DNA of 63,899 nucleotides, the filler included, from Octopus bimaculoides (lineage: Eukaryota): assembly GCF_001194135.2 (NCBI RefSeq). It is 10 parts of 8 records of this genome, joined end to end, with 100 filler letters (N's around TTAATTAATTAA, not from the genome) between each part and the next. Parts side by side here need not be neighbours in the genome. Positions count along the whole stretch, not along the records: positions 45,809 to 49,708 come from NC_068983.1; positions 49,809 to 60,797 come from NC_068983.1; 8 more parts are not named here. One strand, written 5' to 3'. The notes under the pieces are model-generated. The model worked only from the letters and a program-made list of their open reading frames with translations, searched no databases and was not told the origin of the DNA. The position numbers and the translations under genes are program-made. Numbering within the stretch: position 1 is the stretch's first letter; each line of letters begins with the position of its first letter. Positions 47,930 through 60,356 of the stretch are shown here, one piece after another.

Positions 47930-49708
47930 TAAATAGATAGATAGATAGATATGTTTCTTTAATAGCCACACAGGGCTCAATATAGAGGGGACAAAATACA
48001 AATATAGAGTTTTTCTTTTCGATGGGGGGGGGGGCGAAAATAAAGCAGAAAAAAAAAGTTGGGACAACGATGAAAAAAAACATCGCAAAACGTTTGGGGT
48101 ATTTACAAAAAATACGAAATAATACAGAAAAATCCCAATAAATGGGGAGGTTATCCGTGGAAAGAAAAAAACCTACGAAAAGACCACGGTAACCTCGGTC
48201 CTTAGTGTCACAATTTGTTAAATAAACTTTCTTTTATTTATGCAAGAAACGTAAGTAACTCTCTGTTTACAAAATTTTAAAACGTCATATAGAATCATGG
48301 TCAAGGTGGCTTCGTCATTTATNNNNNNNNNNNNNNNNNNNNNNNNNNNNNNNNNNNNNNNNNNNNNNNNNNNNNNNNNNNNNNNNNNNNNNNNNNNNNN
48401 NNNNNNNNNNNNNNNNNNNNNNNNNNNNNNNNNNNNNNNNNNNNNNNNNNNNNNNNNNNNNNNNNNNNNNNNNNNNNNNNNNNNNNNNNNNNNNNNNNNN
48501 NNNNNNNNNNNNNNNNNNNNNNNNNNNNNNNNNNNNNNNNNNNNNNNNNNNNNNNNNNNNNNNNNNNNNNNNNNNNNNNNNNNNNNNNNNNNNNNNNNNN
48601 NNNNNNNNNNNNNNNNNNNNNNNNNNNNNNNNNNNNNNNNNNNNNNNNNNNNNNNNNNNNNNNNNNNNNNNNNNNNNNNNNNNNNNNNNNNNNNNNNNNN
48701 NNNNNNNNNNNNNNNNNNNNNNNNNNNNNNNNNNNNNNNNNNNNNNNNNNNNNNNNNNNNNNNNNNNNNNNNNNNNNNNNNNNNNNNNNNNNNNNNNNNN
48801 NNNNNNNNNNNNNNNNNNNNNNNNNNNNNNNNNNNNNNNNNNNNNNNNNNNNNNNNNNNNNNNNNNNNNNNNNNNNNNNNNNNNNNNNNNNNNNNNNNNN
48901 NNNNNNNNNNNNNNNNNNNNNNNNNNNNNNNNNNNNNNNNNNNNNNNNNNNNNNNNNNNNNNNNNNNNNNNNNNNNNNNNNNNNNNNNNNNNNNNNNNNN
49001 NNNNNNNNNNNNNNNNNNNNNNNNNNNNNNNNNNNNNNNNNNNNNNNNNNNNNNNNNNNNNNNNNNNNNNNNNNNNNNNNNNNNNNNNNNNNNNNNNNNN
49101 NNNNNATGACTTCGTTGTGATCCAGCCGCTCAAGGTCGACCCGGGACGGCAAAGTTGTTGCAGAGCAACGCGACACTCACGGTGTCATACGCCATTCCTC
49201 GGCCTCTTTTTGATCCACGACTGCATCTCGGTCATGGAGACGCGCTGCGGGAAAGCGCGTCGCACAAATGTCGACCACACCTGCTCACCGTCGTCTACGT
49301 AGAGCCGGAGATGTCCCAATCTCAGCGCATGTCTGCGCACCATCAACCACGGCATGCCCAGCCCTCCTTTCAGAGGGTGTTGGCAACAAACGGATCGCCT
49401 CACCATCGGAACGCTTCCTTTCCACAAAAAGGTCCATTTCGGTGATGGCACTATCAGGACAAGGCACGACGGTCAGGCGGTATTCGATGACGGACGCGAT
49501 GTACGCGTTCGCTACCTCCGCCCGAAATTTTAGGGACAGGTTCCTCTCGGACCATTGCCGGCAGAGAGTGGCCACCCTACTCGTTATTTCGTCCCAGTTC
49601 TTCTCCGTTTGCAGGTCCGGACCGAACCAGACTCCGAGCAACTTGACCGGACCGTCCGTCCAGCGTCCCACTACTGAGGCGCTGCCGGACGGTATGGGCT
49701 TGCTTCTC
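47930..49708 (-). mobile_element. Tx1/L1-like LINE, 3' portion (gap 48323-49106)
   Basis: 49107-49708 encodes WTDGPVKLLGVWFG...LSLKFRAEV / FLWKGSVPMVRRSVCCQHPLKGGLGMPW; 47930-48322 is ORF end plus 3' UTR and (CTAT)n. Confidence 0.85.
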
Positions 49709-49808
49709 NNNNNNNNNNNNNNNNNNNNNNNNNNNNNNNNNNNNNNNNNNNNTTAATTAATTAANNNNNNNNNNNNNNNNNNNNNNNNNNNNNNNNNNNN
49801 NNNNNNNN

Positions 49809-49843
<35 letters not shown>

Positions 49844-50030
49844 TATACATACAAGCACATTCATAAACAAGCGCGCGCGAGCGCTTACCTATTTACTTCG
49901 TAAACTTCGCGAAGATTTTCTGATGAGAAAAAATGCTGATTTCAGCAAAACATTCAAGAGGCTGAAAGGTCTAGTTTTATAAAGTTTTTGGTGTAGATTA
50001 GGTTTAAATTCACAGCACGGAGTATATGAG

Positions 50031-50102
50031 GCGTCGGTGGTGTAACGGTTAGCATGGTTGCCTTCCAAGCAGTCGATCCGGGTTCGACTCCCGGCCGACG
50101 CA
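50031..50102 (+). tRNA. tRNA-Gly (UCC), copy 1
   Basis: 72-nt cloverleaf GCGTCGG...CCGACGCA, anticodon loop CTTCCAA, T8 terminator. Confidence 0.97.
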
Positions 50103-50400
50103 TCGTTATTTTTTTTCCTCCTTTTTTATAAATATATTTATATAGAGTATATATGTATAGAATAGACAGTACTCTACATTTATTACACAATTTTTATATT
50201 TCTTACAAGGGAGTATGGTTTGGTATGATATGGTATGGTATGGGATATGATATGAAATGATATATGTACGCACGTACGTGTGTGTATGTGTGTCCCCATA
50301 TTGCTAAATCTTTGTACGTCATTGCTCACCGTATTTCGTTATGCAACCATAATATTTACTTACCAGTTTCTAGGAATGTGTTTAATATGCAAAATTGGTA

Positions 50401-50562
50401 GGCGTAGGAGTGGCTGTGTGGTAAGTCGCTTGCTTACGGACCACATGGTTCCGGGTTCAGTCCCACTGCGTAGCATCTTGGGTAAGTGTCTTCTACTATA
50501 GCTTCGGGCCGACCAAAGCCTTGTGAGTGAATTTGGTAGACGGAAACTGAAAGAAGCCCGTC

Positions 50563-50582
<20 letters not shown>
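50401..50582 (+). mobile_element. tRNA-derived SINE family A (runs into gap)
   Basis: Head and core. Confidence 0.9.
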
Positions 50583-50602
<20 letters not shown>

Positions 50603-51394
50603 NNNNNNNNNNNNNNNNNNNNNNNNNNNNNNNNNNNNNNNNNNNNNNNNNNNNNNNNNNNNNNNNNNNNNNNNNNNNNNNNNNNNNNNNNNNNNNNNNN
50701 NNNNNNNNNNNNNNNNNNNNNNNNNNNNNNNNNNNNNNNNNNNNNNNNNNNNNNNNNNNNNNNNNNNNNNNNNNNNNNNNNNNNNNNNNNNNNNNNNNNN
50801 NNNNNNNNNNNNNNNNNNNNNNNNNNNNNNNNNNNNNNNNNNNNNNNNNNNNNNNNNNNNNNNNNNNNNNNNNNNNNNNNNNNNNNNNNNNNNNNNNNNN
50901 NNNNNNNNNNNNNNNNNNNNNNNNNNNNNNNNNNNNNNNNNNNNNNNNNNNNNNNNNNNNNNNNNNNNNNNNNNNNNNNNNNNNNNNNNNNNNNNNNNNN
51001 NNNNNNNNNATAGAAATGCTTGTGCAAAACAACTTTTTGCGCTGCCTTGATTATACATAGCAGGGTAATTCCTTTTCGCAGGAGGTAGGACAGCAATTTC
51101 TGATGAAGCAATTGCTGGCGATCTGTTGCTACACAGTTCTGCCAGAATTGTATCAGATTGGTCAGTAGATGTTGATGCACCATTTTGCATTATGTTCAAC
51201 GTAGCTTCTGGAATGTGTTGAATTGATGCAGTCTGTTGCTGTCTTTTTAAACCGGTTGCTTTCTTTCCCCAGCAAGTTGTCTTGTTTGGAGGCATAATCT
51301 ATGTACATATTAAAGAGAACAACAAAAGTTATCCCTACGAGTCATCATAGCTACCTACCTACCTACCTACCTACCTACCTACCTACCTACCTAC

Positions 51395-51451
<57 letters not shown>

Positions 51452-52490
51452 TGTAGTACTTCCTTTTTTTTAAAACTAGTTTTTTGTTTCCTCTTCAATT
51501 TCAGTTTTTTATTCTTGTCCACCTTGAGACTTCGATTACAATAGTTTTGTGTGTGTATACATGTATGTTTGTGTGTGTGTGTGTGTGTGTATTTAAACGT
51601 ATGTATGTGTGTGTGAATAAGGATATCGTGTGGTCTGATCCCCCCACACCGTTGAAAACACTGAATAAAATTGATAATATTTCGGGCTTTTCATGTCATT
51701 TACATGAATTTGACTATTCCGCAGATAACTGTGCACTTATTTTCCGAAAACGGATTGCGGGAAAGGAAGCGAGTTTGTGGAGTATTGGCTCCTATTTCTG
51801 GTATTTCACGTACTCTCTATTTCACCGTAATATCTATATATCCTCATAAAAAGCTAAGTTTGTTTGTTTGTTTGTACGCTGACCGCTGAAAGCACTAAAT
51901 ATAAAAAGCAAAGTTTGTTTCTTTCTAATTTGACTGCTGAAAACATTAAATATGATTGATATTTCAGGTTTTTCATGTCATTTAAATTAATCTGATAATT
52001 CCGCAGATAATTATGCACTTATTTCCGAAAACAGAACGGCGGGGGAGGAGGGGCGAATTGGTGGTGTATTGGTTCCTATTTTTAGCCATCCACGTACTGT
52101 CTATTTCACCGTAATACTTTTTACAGAGTAAAAAAATTACTCCACCGATCACTCAATCCATCTCCAACTTTCTCTAACTTTATACATTACATTTATTCTT
52201 TTGAATTCGCCGCCAGACCTCTACCTCTTTTTTTCTCTCGAGAAAAAACACGAGAGAGACAAAGAGAAAGGTGTTTACGGAGAAAAAAACGAGACGCCGG
52301 ACCTCCACTTTTTCTCTGTCTATATGTCCCTCTCTATGTCTCTATCTCTCTCACTACATCTCCCTTCTCTCTCTGGTTGTATATGTGTCTCTCTCTCACT
52401 GCTTCAACCGCTTTTTCTCTCTAGAGAAAAAATACGTGAGCTATATAGAAAGGGGATTAGGGAGAAAAAAACAAGTGAGGCAACCACATC

Positions 52491-53219
52491 TATAAATCTA
52501 TTGACAAAGTTGTCGATGAGGACGATGCTGTTCATTATCCTGTTGAATTCCTCAATAGTGTGCAACCATCCATTATGCCGCCACACAATCTTGAAGTGAA
52601 GAAGGGCGCAGCCATCATGCTTCTCAGAAATCCGGATCAGCTAAAATTGTGCAATGGTACACGTATGGTTGTGACTGAACTACAGCCTCACATAATCGAA
52701 GCAAAAATTCTCACTGGATGTAGTAAGGGAGACATTGTATTTATACCTAGAATACCACTAATATCAACAGATGTCCCCTTTCGTTTCAAATGATTGCAAT
52801 TCCCAGTGAAAGTCAGTTACGCATTGACCATTAACAAGTCCCAAGGTCAAACACTGCACATCTAGAAGAGGGCTGTTTCCCACATGGTCAATTACATGTA
52901 GGTTGTTCCGGAGTAGGATGCCCACAGAGACTCTTCATATATGTTCCAAAGAAAAAGTTACAAACATTGTATTGGGTTGTCCGGAAAGTTCGTGCCGATT
53001 TTTAAAGGTATGAAAAAGGTCAATAAATACTTGCCATTACATTTTTAATCAACCAAATATGAACCATTTTGTTGCACAATGCGTCTCCATCTTTCCTTTA
53101 ACTTGAAAATACCCTCTTCCCAGAATTGAGGTGGTTTCATGGCAAATAAGTCGATAGGTAAGCTACTATAAATCGGCACGAACTTTCAGGACAACCCAAT
53201 ATATACTGAAGTTTCGTAA
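52491..53219 (+). pseudogene. Helitron Pif1-family helicase C-terminal pseudogene fragment
   Basis: YKSID...YPVEFLNS...[18 protein letters not shown]...LCNGTR...IPRIP...FK*LQFPV...TINKSQGQTL...HGQLHV; TGA stop, small deletion, MITE insertion. Confidence 0.9.
52972..53199 (-). mobile_element. Non-autonomous mariner derivative (MITE), 228 bp, second copy
   Basis: Same TIRs and length as 3528-3755; TA duplication at 52970-52971 and 53200-53201. Confidence 0.92.
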
Positions 53220-53638
53220 ATGTTTAAAAATTTTTTGTATAACACATTTTTCTATCATTATCTATATTATTTCCTGTATTTAGATATTCTAAATAAATTT
53301 TAAAAATTATGTTATGCAATATTTAAGTACTTTTTAACAAATTTTATTGTAAAGAAAATGGGTATTACGATAGATACCAATATGCGCCTTATTAATACAT
53401 TTCAGCATCGTACAGACCGGGTCGAGGGCCGGGAGGCACGCTAGTACACACACACACACATTTGTGTATGTATGTAGGTGTGTATACACACATATGGTTA
53501 TTTATGTCATAATTTTCGCACAAGTTTGGCAGAAGTGGAAAAGCTGATTTCAGCAAAAATATTTCATAGTTGAAAGTTCTACTGACATAAAGTATTTCTG
53601 AGTAAATTAAGATTAAATTGCATCTAGCACACTATGTG

Positions 53639-53710
53639 GCGTCGGTGGTGTAACGGTTAGCATGGTTGCCTTCCAAGCAGTCGATCCGGGTTCGACTCCC
53701 GGCCGACGCA
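53639..53710 (+). tRNA. tRNA-Gly (UCC), copy 2
   Basis: Identical to copy 1; T7 terminator. Confidence 0.97.
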
Positions 53711-53914
53711 TGACTTCGGTTTTTTATTTTTATTTTTTGATAAATATATTTATTAGATAGAACTATATAGAGTAGACACTGCTCTACATTCATTACACAA
53801 TTTTTTTCTTTCTCGCAACGGTGTATGATATGCATGTATGTATGTATGTATGCCTCCATATCACTAAATGTTCGTACATCATTGGTCACCGTATTTCATT
53901 ATGCAAACATTATA

Positions 53915-54281
53915 CAGGGTGCGTAAGGTATTTGAGGACATAACGTTTTTGGGTCATTGCTGCATTTTTTGATAACTCTGTATAATCTTTGTTTCAGAAA
54001 ATAATAATGGCAGACTCTCAGTTTACTCAAGAAATGAAATAGGCATGCTGTTATTGTGGTTATAAAGGCTGAGCGATTTAGAAATATCTTGATTTTTAAA
54101 AGCTGCCACATCTTTCGTTTACAAAGTTTGTAAGGAGCTAGAGAATGAAGATGGAAACGTATCACCAGTATCAAAGCATAAAGAGAATTCTAAATGCTCT
54201 GAAATCACCAGAACACCTGAATTTATCCAGCAAGTTCAACAGACCATTGATTGCAATCTCAGAAAATCCATGAGGTCAATA
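53915..54281 (+). mobile_element. Tc1/mariner-superfamily 5' end with decayed transposase N-terminus
   Basis: TA|CAGGGTG terminus; frameshifted MADSQFTQEMK/RHAVIVVIKAE/DLEIS*FLKAATSFVYKV...RTPEFIQQVQQTID...KSMRSI (HTH-like). Confidence 0.7.
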
Positions 54282-54439
54282 TACCTTATAAACGCTTATG
54301 AAATTTATACATAAATATTTGCTTAAAATAACATATATTTTTACATTTATTTATTTAACAGTATTTAACAAATAGGTTTATTGTCAATTAAAAGATTTCG
54401 ATTAAAAAACATATATAAAATCAAATTGCCCATAAAAAG

Positions 54440-54516
54440 TATTTGCTGTCCACGGACCCTCTGTCTTGTCCTTGCGGACCCCCTGTGGTCCGCGGACCAC
54501 AGTTTGAAAACCCCTG
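54440..54516 (-). mobile_element. hAT (Charlie-like) MITE terminus
   Basis: Minus strand CAGGGGTTTTCAAACTGTGGTCCGCGGACCAC with internal palindrome, typical of Charlie-type ends. Confidence 0.65.
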
Positions 54517-54857
54517 TTCTAAAACACAGACACACACAGACACAGACACACACACACACAGACACAGACACACACACACACACNNNNNNNNNNNNNNNNN
54601 NNNNNNNNNNNNNNNNNNNNNNNNNNNNNNNNNNNNNNNNNNNNNNNNNNNNNNNNNNNNNNNNNNNNNNNNNNNNNNNNNNNNNNNNNNNNNNNNNNNN
54701 NNNNNNNNNTACTTATATAAGCCATAACTTTTGCCAAAGTTTGACTAAAGACGAAACAGTTGATTTCAGCTAACACATTCAAAATATCTGAAAGCACGAG
54801 TTACATGATGTATTTTTGAGTAAATTAAGATTAAATACAGCCGTTAGCAACAATGAA

Positions 54858-54929
54858 GCGTCGGTGGTGTAACGGTTAGCATGGTTGCCATCCAAGCAGT
54901 CGATCCGGGTTCGACTCCTGGCCAACGCA
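54858..54929 (+). tRNA. tRNA-Gly (UCC), copy 3, probable pseudogene/variant
   Basis: U33->A (loop CATCCAA), C5:A68 acceptor mismatch, T-stem G:U; T5 terminator. Confidence 0.75.
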
Positions 54930-55764
54930 TCTTTTTACCTCCCCCACCACATCCTTGTCTTTCACACCTTAGATGTTTCGTAAACTCATTTATTTGTAGT
55001 AGAGAGTTCATTACTTAATCGGAGATAGTTGTTCATGCTATGAAGCACTAAAGGTTTGAAACAGCAATGGCATACTTGACCAGTGGTTTTTTTTAAATCC
55101 TTTTTTATGATTCAGTGCCCTCTATTGACCTTACTTTTAAGATTCCCTCAAAGACGTTATTTCAAGAAAAGAAAAGAAAAAGAAGTATTTTACTATTTGA
55201 AACATTTCAAAAAGTAATTTTTCAAATAGTGATTTTTAAAATGAGAATATCTGAAATAAAATCTTTCAATGAATATCATGAGACCTTTTAAATTCCGGTT
55301 TTCCTTTAATAATCCTGTTGCTTTAGACCGATCTATAGAATTATGTATATATGTAAGTATACTGTAAAGTGTTAAAATGTATGTATATTCTCCTAATATA
55401 GTAATGAGTGTTGTCTTTATATATAAATATATATATGTATATAAAGTAGAGCTGGAGTGAGAGGTGAAGGTAGAGGAGATAAATGGAAAAGAGAGTGTCG
55501 TATGAATGAGAAAGGAAGGGGTGATAGATGAATAACGAAGGACGGAGTGGAAAAGCCGATAAATGGCGTTTGAAGTGTGAGTGTATGTGTGTGTAAAAGA
55601 GAGGTATGTTTGCGCGCGCGCGTGTGTGTATGTGTACAAGGGAAATAGGATGGTAATGTTCAACGCTGAAAATGTGTGAGTATACGTGTGTATGTGTGTG
55701 CGTGAACAAGAGAATTATGTGGAACTTTACATATACATGTAAAGTAAAGAACATATAAAAAATA

Positions 55765-55950
55765 ATTCAGAATCCTTGTCCGATACCGGATCGATCCCAA
55801 AATCTAATCAGTTTGTGCCAGTCATTAGGCCAAACATCTCTGAAAGTTTCATCCGAATCCATCCAGCGGTTCTTGAGATATCTTGTCCACGGACAAACAA
55901 ACAAACACGACTGGAAACAATGCCTCCGCCTTCGCTAAGGCGAAGGTAAT
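55765..55950 (+). mobile_element. DINE-1/HINE-like non-autonomous element end
   Basis: aaagtttcatccgaatcc core, (ACAA)n, terminal hairpin CCTCCGCCTT-CGCT-AAGGCGAAGG at 55923-55946. Confidence 0.5.
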
Positions 55951-57324
55951 AATGATTTCTGATTTAGGCACAAGGCCAGCAAGTTTGAGGAGAGACGATT
56001 AGTCGATATTATCTGACCACCAGTCAAAGATAGAATGGTTCTTAGACGTCATCCAAGGGAAAACGCATCTGGCAATCGACCAAGCATTAAATGGATCCGA
56101 GAATTGATTTGCGAGTTAATGAAGAAAACGATTGATTTTGGACGCATCCAGTCATCCATCGTATGATGGATTCTATGATTTTCCAGATGCAATGTAGATT
56201 AAGTAGTCGTCTTAATGAGAATTGAATCAAATTTGGTCCTGTTCTCAGTCAAATATATACTGTATCCAATAGCTGACGAAGATATTGTAATGATTGCTCC
56301 TGTTGTCCTCATTTACATTATATTTATTTGACAAGAGATATGAAACTGTTATTATCCTTTTCCTGGTTGGTCAAGTGAAATTAGTGGCGTTGGCGTGAGC
56401 AGAGCTAGCGCGTGGTAAATCAATTTTCTACAAAAGCCTCATCTACGTTGCGACATACAGTAGCAAACGGTAATAGAAGAAGTCTGTCCTTGGATAAGTG
56501 TTTTGCATCATTGAATAATAGCTGAAGCAAGTTAGCTTAGTGCTTACATGAAAGACAAGGTTTTGGCTGAGAGTAAAGGTCAGGCAAACTTTTGTTGTTT
56601 ATTGATGATTCATGAATATCTGCGAGTGTTTAATCAGTTAAGTGGAAGATATTCTCTGGAGTTGTTCTGCATAAGAATTCTCGGATAAGTCTTTTTCGTA
56701 TCGGTGGAAGCTGGAGTCAGATTAGCATAATGGATGGCTTAGGGAAAAGGCATTTTCTGACAATATATTAATGAACGGAACACCTTTGGCTGTAGGTCTA
56801 CTCTTTTAGTGACGACCTGGACCCAAACAGTGACAAGAAAAGAAGAGTGACGCCATTATCATCACAATCATCTTCGTCAAGATCACCACCAACATCTTAA
56901 CACTCTAGTCCCTTTGTTCACAGCTTCCGAGAAGGATCAAGAAATATTTTGCCCGTTAAATATTGTTAAATTGGTGAGTAGTTTGATCCAAGAGGCTGGA
57001 TACCCCGAGATATAGACATGCGATGGCGCGTACTCCTACAGCAATAAGAAACTAACGAGGGAACCTCTTCGTGTTAACAATACTAACCAAATTACCTCTA
57101 CCATCTTAAAATGGGAAGGACATATTCGATAATGCAGTCTTGGATGTATGAAGATAAGATGGGATGTTTATGGCTGGAACCCCTAAAATTAGAGGCTTTC
57201 TTGATCAGAGCTTATCATCACCATCATCACCATCGTCATCGTCGTCGTCGTCGTCATTATCATCATCATAATCAGCAACAACAGCAATAATTATTACACA
57301 CATATGCCCCCCCGCGCGCACGCA

Positions 57325-57378
<54 letters not shown>

Positions 57379-59041
57379 CACACAGCACATACACACACAA
57401 TGTTTGAGTGATAGATTTTGAATAGTTATCATATTAGGAATGCATTAAGTGCTGTAATTATTCAATGTAAACTGATATTAAACATTATAAGAATCAATTA
57501 TCTGACAGCAAAGAGAAAGAGGTCCGCATTTCTTTTCTGTCAGAGACTGAAACTTATAATGTTTAATATCATTAATAATGATGCTTTTTGATTGGTGCAT
57601 CCATTTTATTTCTGTAATGGGGAGAAAATATATTCCATATTTAGTTACTTCATAGCAATAATAATTAACATCCAAATGTAGAATATTTTTTCTTTATTTC
57701 GTATTAATTTCTTTGATAACACAAATATATAACCACAAAACTCCAATCGCATAGACGTATTTCCGTCTAAACTGGTCATTTTCTGAGTGAAGTCGAATTT
57801 AAGACTATTTATGAGAATCAAAATAGATACAGTTTTTCAAATTAGAGAGGGAGAAAGATACAGTTTTTCAAATGGAGGAAAAGATGGAAAAGCAATGAAT
57901 CCACTTAATTTTTTTTATTCGTGTTGTTGTTGTTTAATTGCATTTCTTGCGGGGAGAGTGACAGGGAAGAGTTGTAACTCGTTGCTCAACAGTAAAATAT
58001 TAATGTATGAAGAAATATTTTCATTTACAAACAGGCCCTGGTCTTCCTTTCATTTTGTTCTCAGCAAAGAAACGGATATCGGACTAGTAGATAAGAAGTT
58101 AGACAAGTAAAATGCGTGGTAGAAGAAAAAGTATAGACATTTGAAATGAAATAATACAACCAAAGGTTGTGTGTAATGAAAATAAATACAACGAATAAAA
58201 CGAGTAGAAAAATATCTACCGTTTCGGTTTATACTCTTTATGAAACAAAATTAGAATTAGAGAGGGAGAGGGAAAAGAAATAGAGAAAGAAGGGATACCA
58301 AATTGACGACGTCTGTTTACATTGTATGTATGTAAGTATGTATGTACGTACGTATGTCAGGTTGCTCTTGGGTGCTCCTGGTAACATGTAACCCAGTACA
58401 ACCTGTTGCATGGTCGGGTTGTCGGCGACTAAACTGGCAACGCCATTAAACTTGCTTGGTGAGAAAAGTGATTGTTGGACACCATGCAGGACGAAGAATA
58501 AGACCTGCTAAAGGATGGAAGAGCTCATGAGCATTCCACAGCAATCCAACAATATGTGTACATGTGTATACATACATGTATGTATGTACGGGGACGTGGA
58601 AATACCTGGGTTGGTATCCAGGCGTGCAGTTGGCCGACTGGGAGTGAGAGGCCCCACTGTTGTCACAACATCTCTTTAGGAGAGGGAAACCTGCGACACT
58701 GACAATATTCGATGATGTAGATTAGTTCCTCTTTTCGAGTTTGTGTTGTCCATGTTCAGAGAGTGGAATTGGATTTGTGCAGATCCTTACCTCACTATAA
58801 AAAAAATCATCACACACAGGCATCGCTTGGAAAAAACGGAAGACCTATCACAAAAATGGCTGGTCGTAACCTTCGCATGTGTGGGACTTTCGATCTGGTG
58901 ATGGCAATATTCAAACACGAGTATGCAGCCATCATATATGTATGTATGTATGTATGTATGCAAGCATGTGTGTGTGTGTGTGTGTGTCTGTATATATGTG
59001 TCTCTCTCTCACCCTTTCTCTCATTGTATACATTTTTAGGT

Positions 59042-59410
59042 GGAGGCGCAATGGCCCAGTGGTTAGAGCAGCGGACTCGCGGTCGTAGGATCGCGGTTTC
59101 GATTCCCAGATCGGGCGTTGTCAGTGTTTATTGAGCGAAAACACCTAAAGTTCTACAAGGCTCCGGCAGGGGATAGTGGCGAACTCTGCTGTACTCTTCC
59201 ACCCCAACTTTCTCTCACTCTTTCTTCCTGTTTCTGTTCTACCTGTAATTCAAAGGGTCAGCCTTGTGTCACGATGAATATCCTCGAGAACTACGTTAAG
59301 AGTACACGTGTCTGTGGAGTACTCAGCCACTTGCGCTTTAATTTCACGAGCAAGCTGTTCCGTTGATCGGATCAACTGGAACCCTTGTCGTCGTAACCGA
59401 CAGAGTGCCA
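59042..59410 (+). mobile_element. tRNA-derived SINE, third family, apparently full length
   Basis: GGAGGCGCAATGGCCCAGTGGTTAG A box, GGTTTCGATTCCC B box, no tRNA 3' acceptor strand, ~300-nt unrelated body. Confidence 0.75.
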
Positions 59411-59423
59411 ACTCAAATCATAC

Positions 59424-59776
59424 ATTTTTAGAAAGTTAAAAGTTATGGCCAGTCATAGAGTGACCTTTGGTTTCGCATTTATAAAGCGCTTAACAATATA
59501 AGCGATTCGTTGAACACAAGTGGCTGAAAGCACTTCACCTCTCTACAACTGGAAGAAGAAATACGTAGCAGTCAATTGGTTCCTGCCCGCAACACGGAGG
59601 ATTATTTTTCGTTTACAAAACCAACTGAACGTTACGTATTTCTTCCTTCATTTGTATAGATATTGTGCACCTTCAGGCATTTGAGTCGAGCGAGTCGCCT
59701 ATATTGCTAAGCGCTTTATAAATGCGAAACTAATGGTCACTCTATGACTGGCCATAACTTATAACTTCTTAAAAAT
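59424..59776. mobile_element. MITE-like element with ~100-bp TIRs
   Basis: aagttatggccagtcatagagtgacc...gtttcgcatttataaagcgctta at left and its reverse complement at right. Confidence 0.8.
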
Positions 59777-59859
59777 ATGTTACTGATCTAGCTTCTTTTT
59801 TTCGGATATATGAACTTCTGACGATATGCATATATATATATATATATAAAATAAATAAA

Positions 59860-60356
59860 TGCGCCCTTTTAAAGCCTAGTCAAGGATCATGGACCCGGTT
59901 TCCCGGTTTCAATGGCGTATGTGTTCTCCAGCTGGACGGGACGCCAGTCCATCGCAGCGTTGCTCATTTTTGCCAGCTGAGTGTACTGGAGCAACGTGAA
60001 ATGAAGTGTTTTGCTCAAGAACACAACGCGTCGTCCGGTTCAGGAATCGAAACCACAATCTTACGATCGTGGTGCTGACACCCTAACCACTAAGCCACGT
60101 GCCTCCACACACAAACACATATAGGATTAATATACTTCCCGATTCATATAGACTCACGGGGCCAGTTTCCTGGTTTCCATGGCGTATATATTCCCCCTCT
60201 GGACAGGACGCCGATCCGTTGCTGGATTACTTATTTTTACCAGCTGAATGAACTAGAGCAACGTGAAATGAAGTGTTTTGCTTAAGAAGACAACACATCA
60301 GCCGATTCAGGAATTGAAACCGCAATCTTACTATCATGAGTCCAACACCCTAACCA
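59860..60356 (-). mobile_element. Two tandem copies of a fourth tRNA-derived SINE family
   Basis: Minus strand GGCTTAGTGGTTAGGGTG...GGTTTCGATTCC head, gttcttgagcaaaacacttcatttcacgttgctc core; copies 59860-60104 and 60153-60356. Confidence 0.8.

Larger units (their letters stand above)
51833..53444 (+). mobile_element. Non-autonomous Helitron with Pif1-helicase remnant
   Basis: A|TC 5' end (less certain), CCGG...CCGG hairpin then CTAG|T 3' end, internal helicase fragment. Confidence 0.7.

Noticed and set aside
56030-58110. Non-repetitive stretches and the 57787-58110 ORF as exons; also 61140-61560
   Set aside because: Multiple stops, no splice signals, only weak Penelope-like traces.
59042-59115. 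tRNA-like sequence as a real tRNA gene
   Set aside because: No pairing 3' acceptor strand and it continues into a SINE body; called as SINE.
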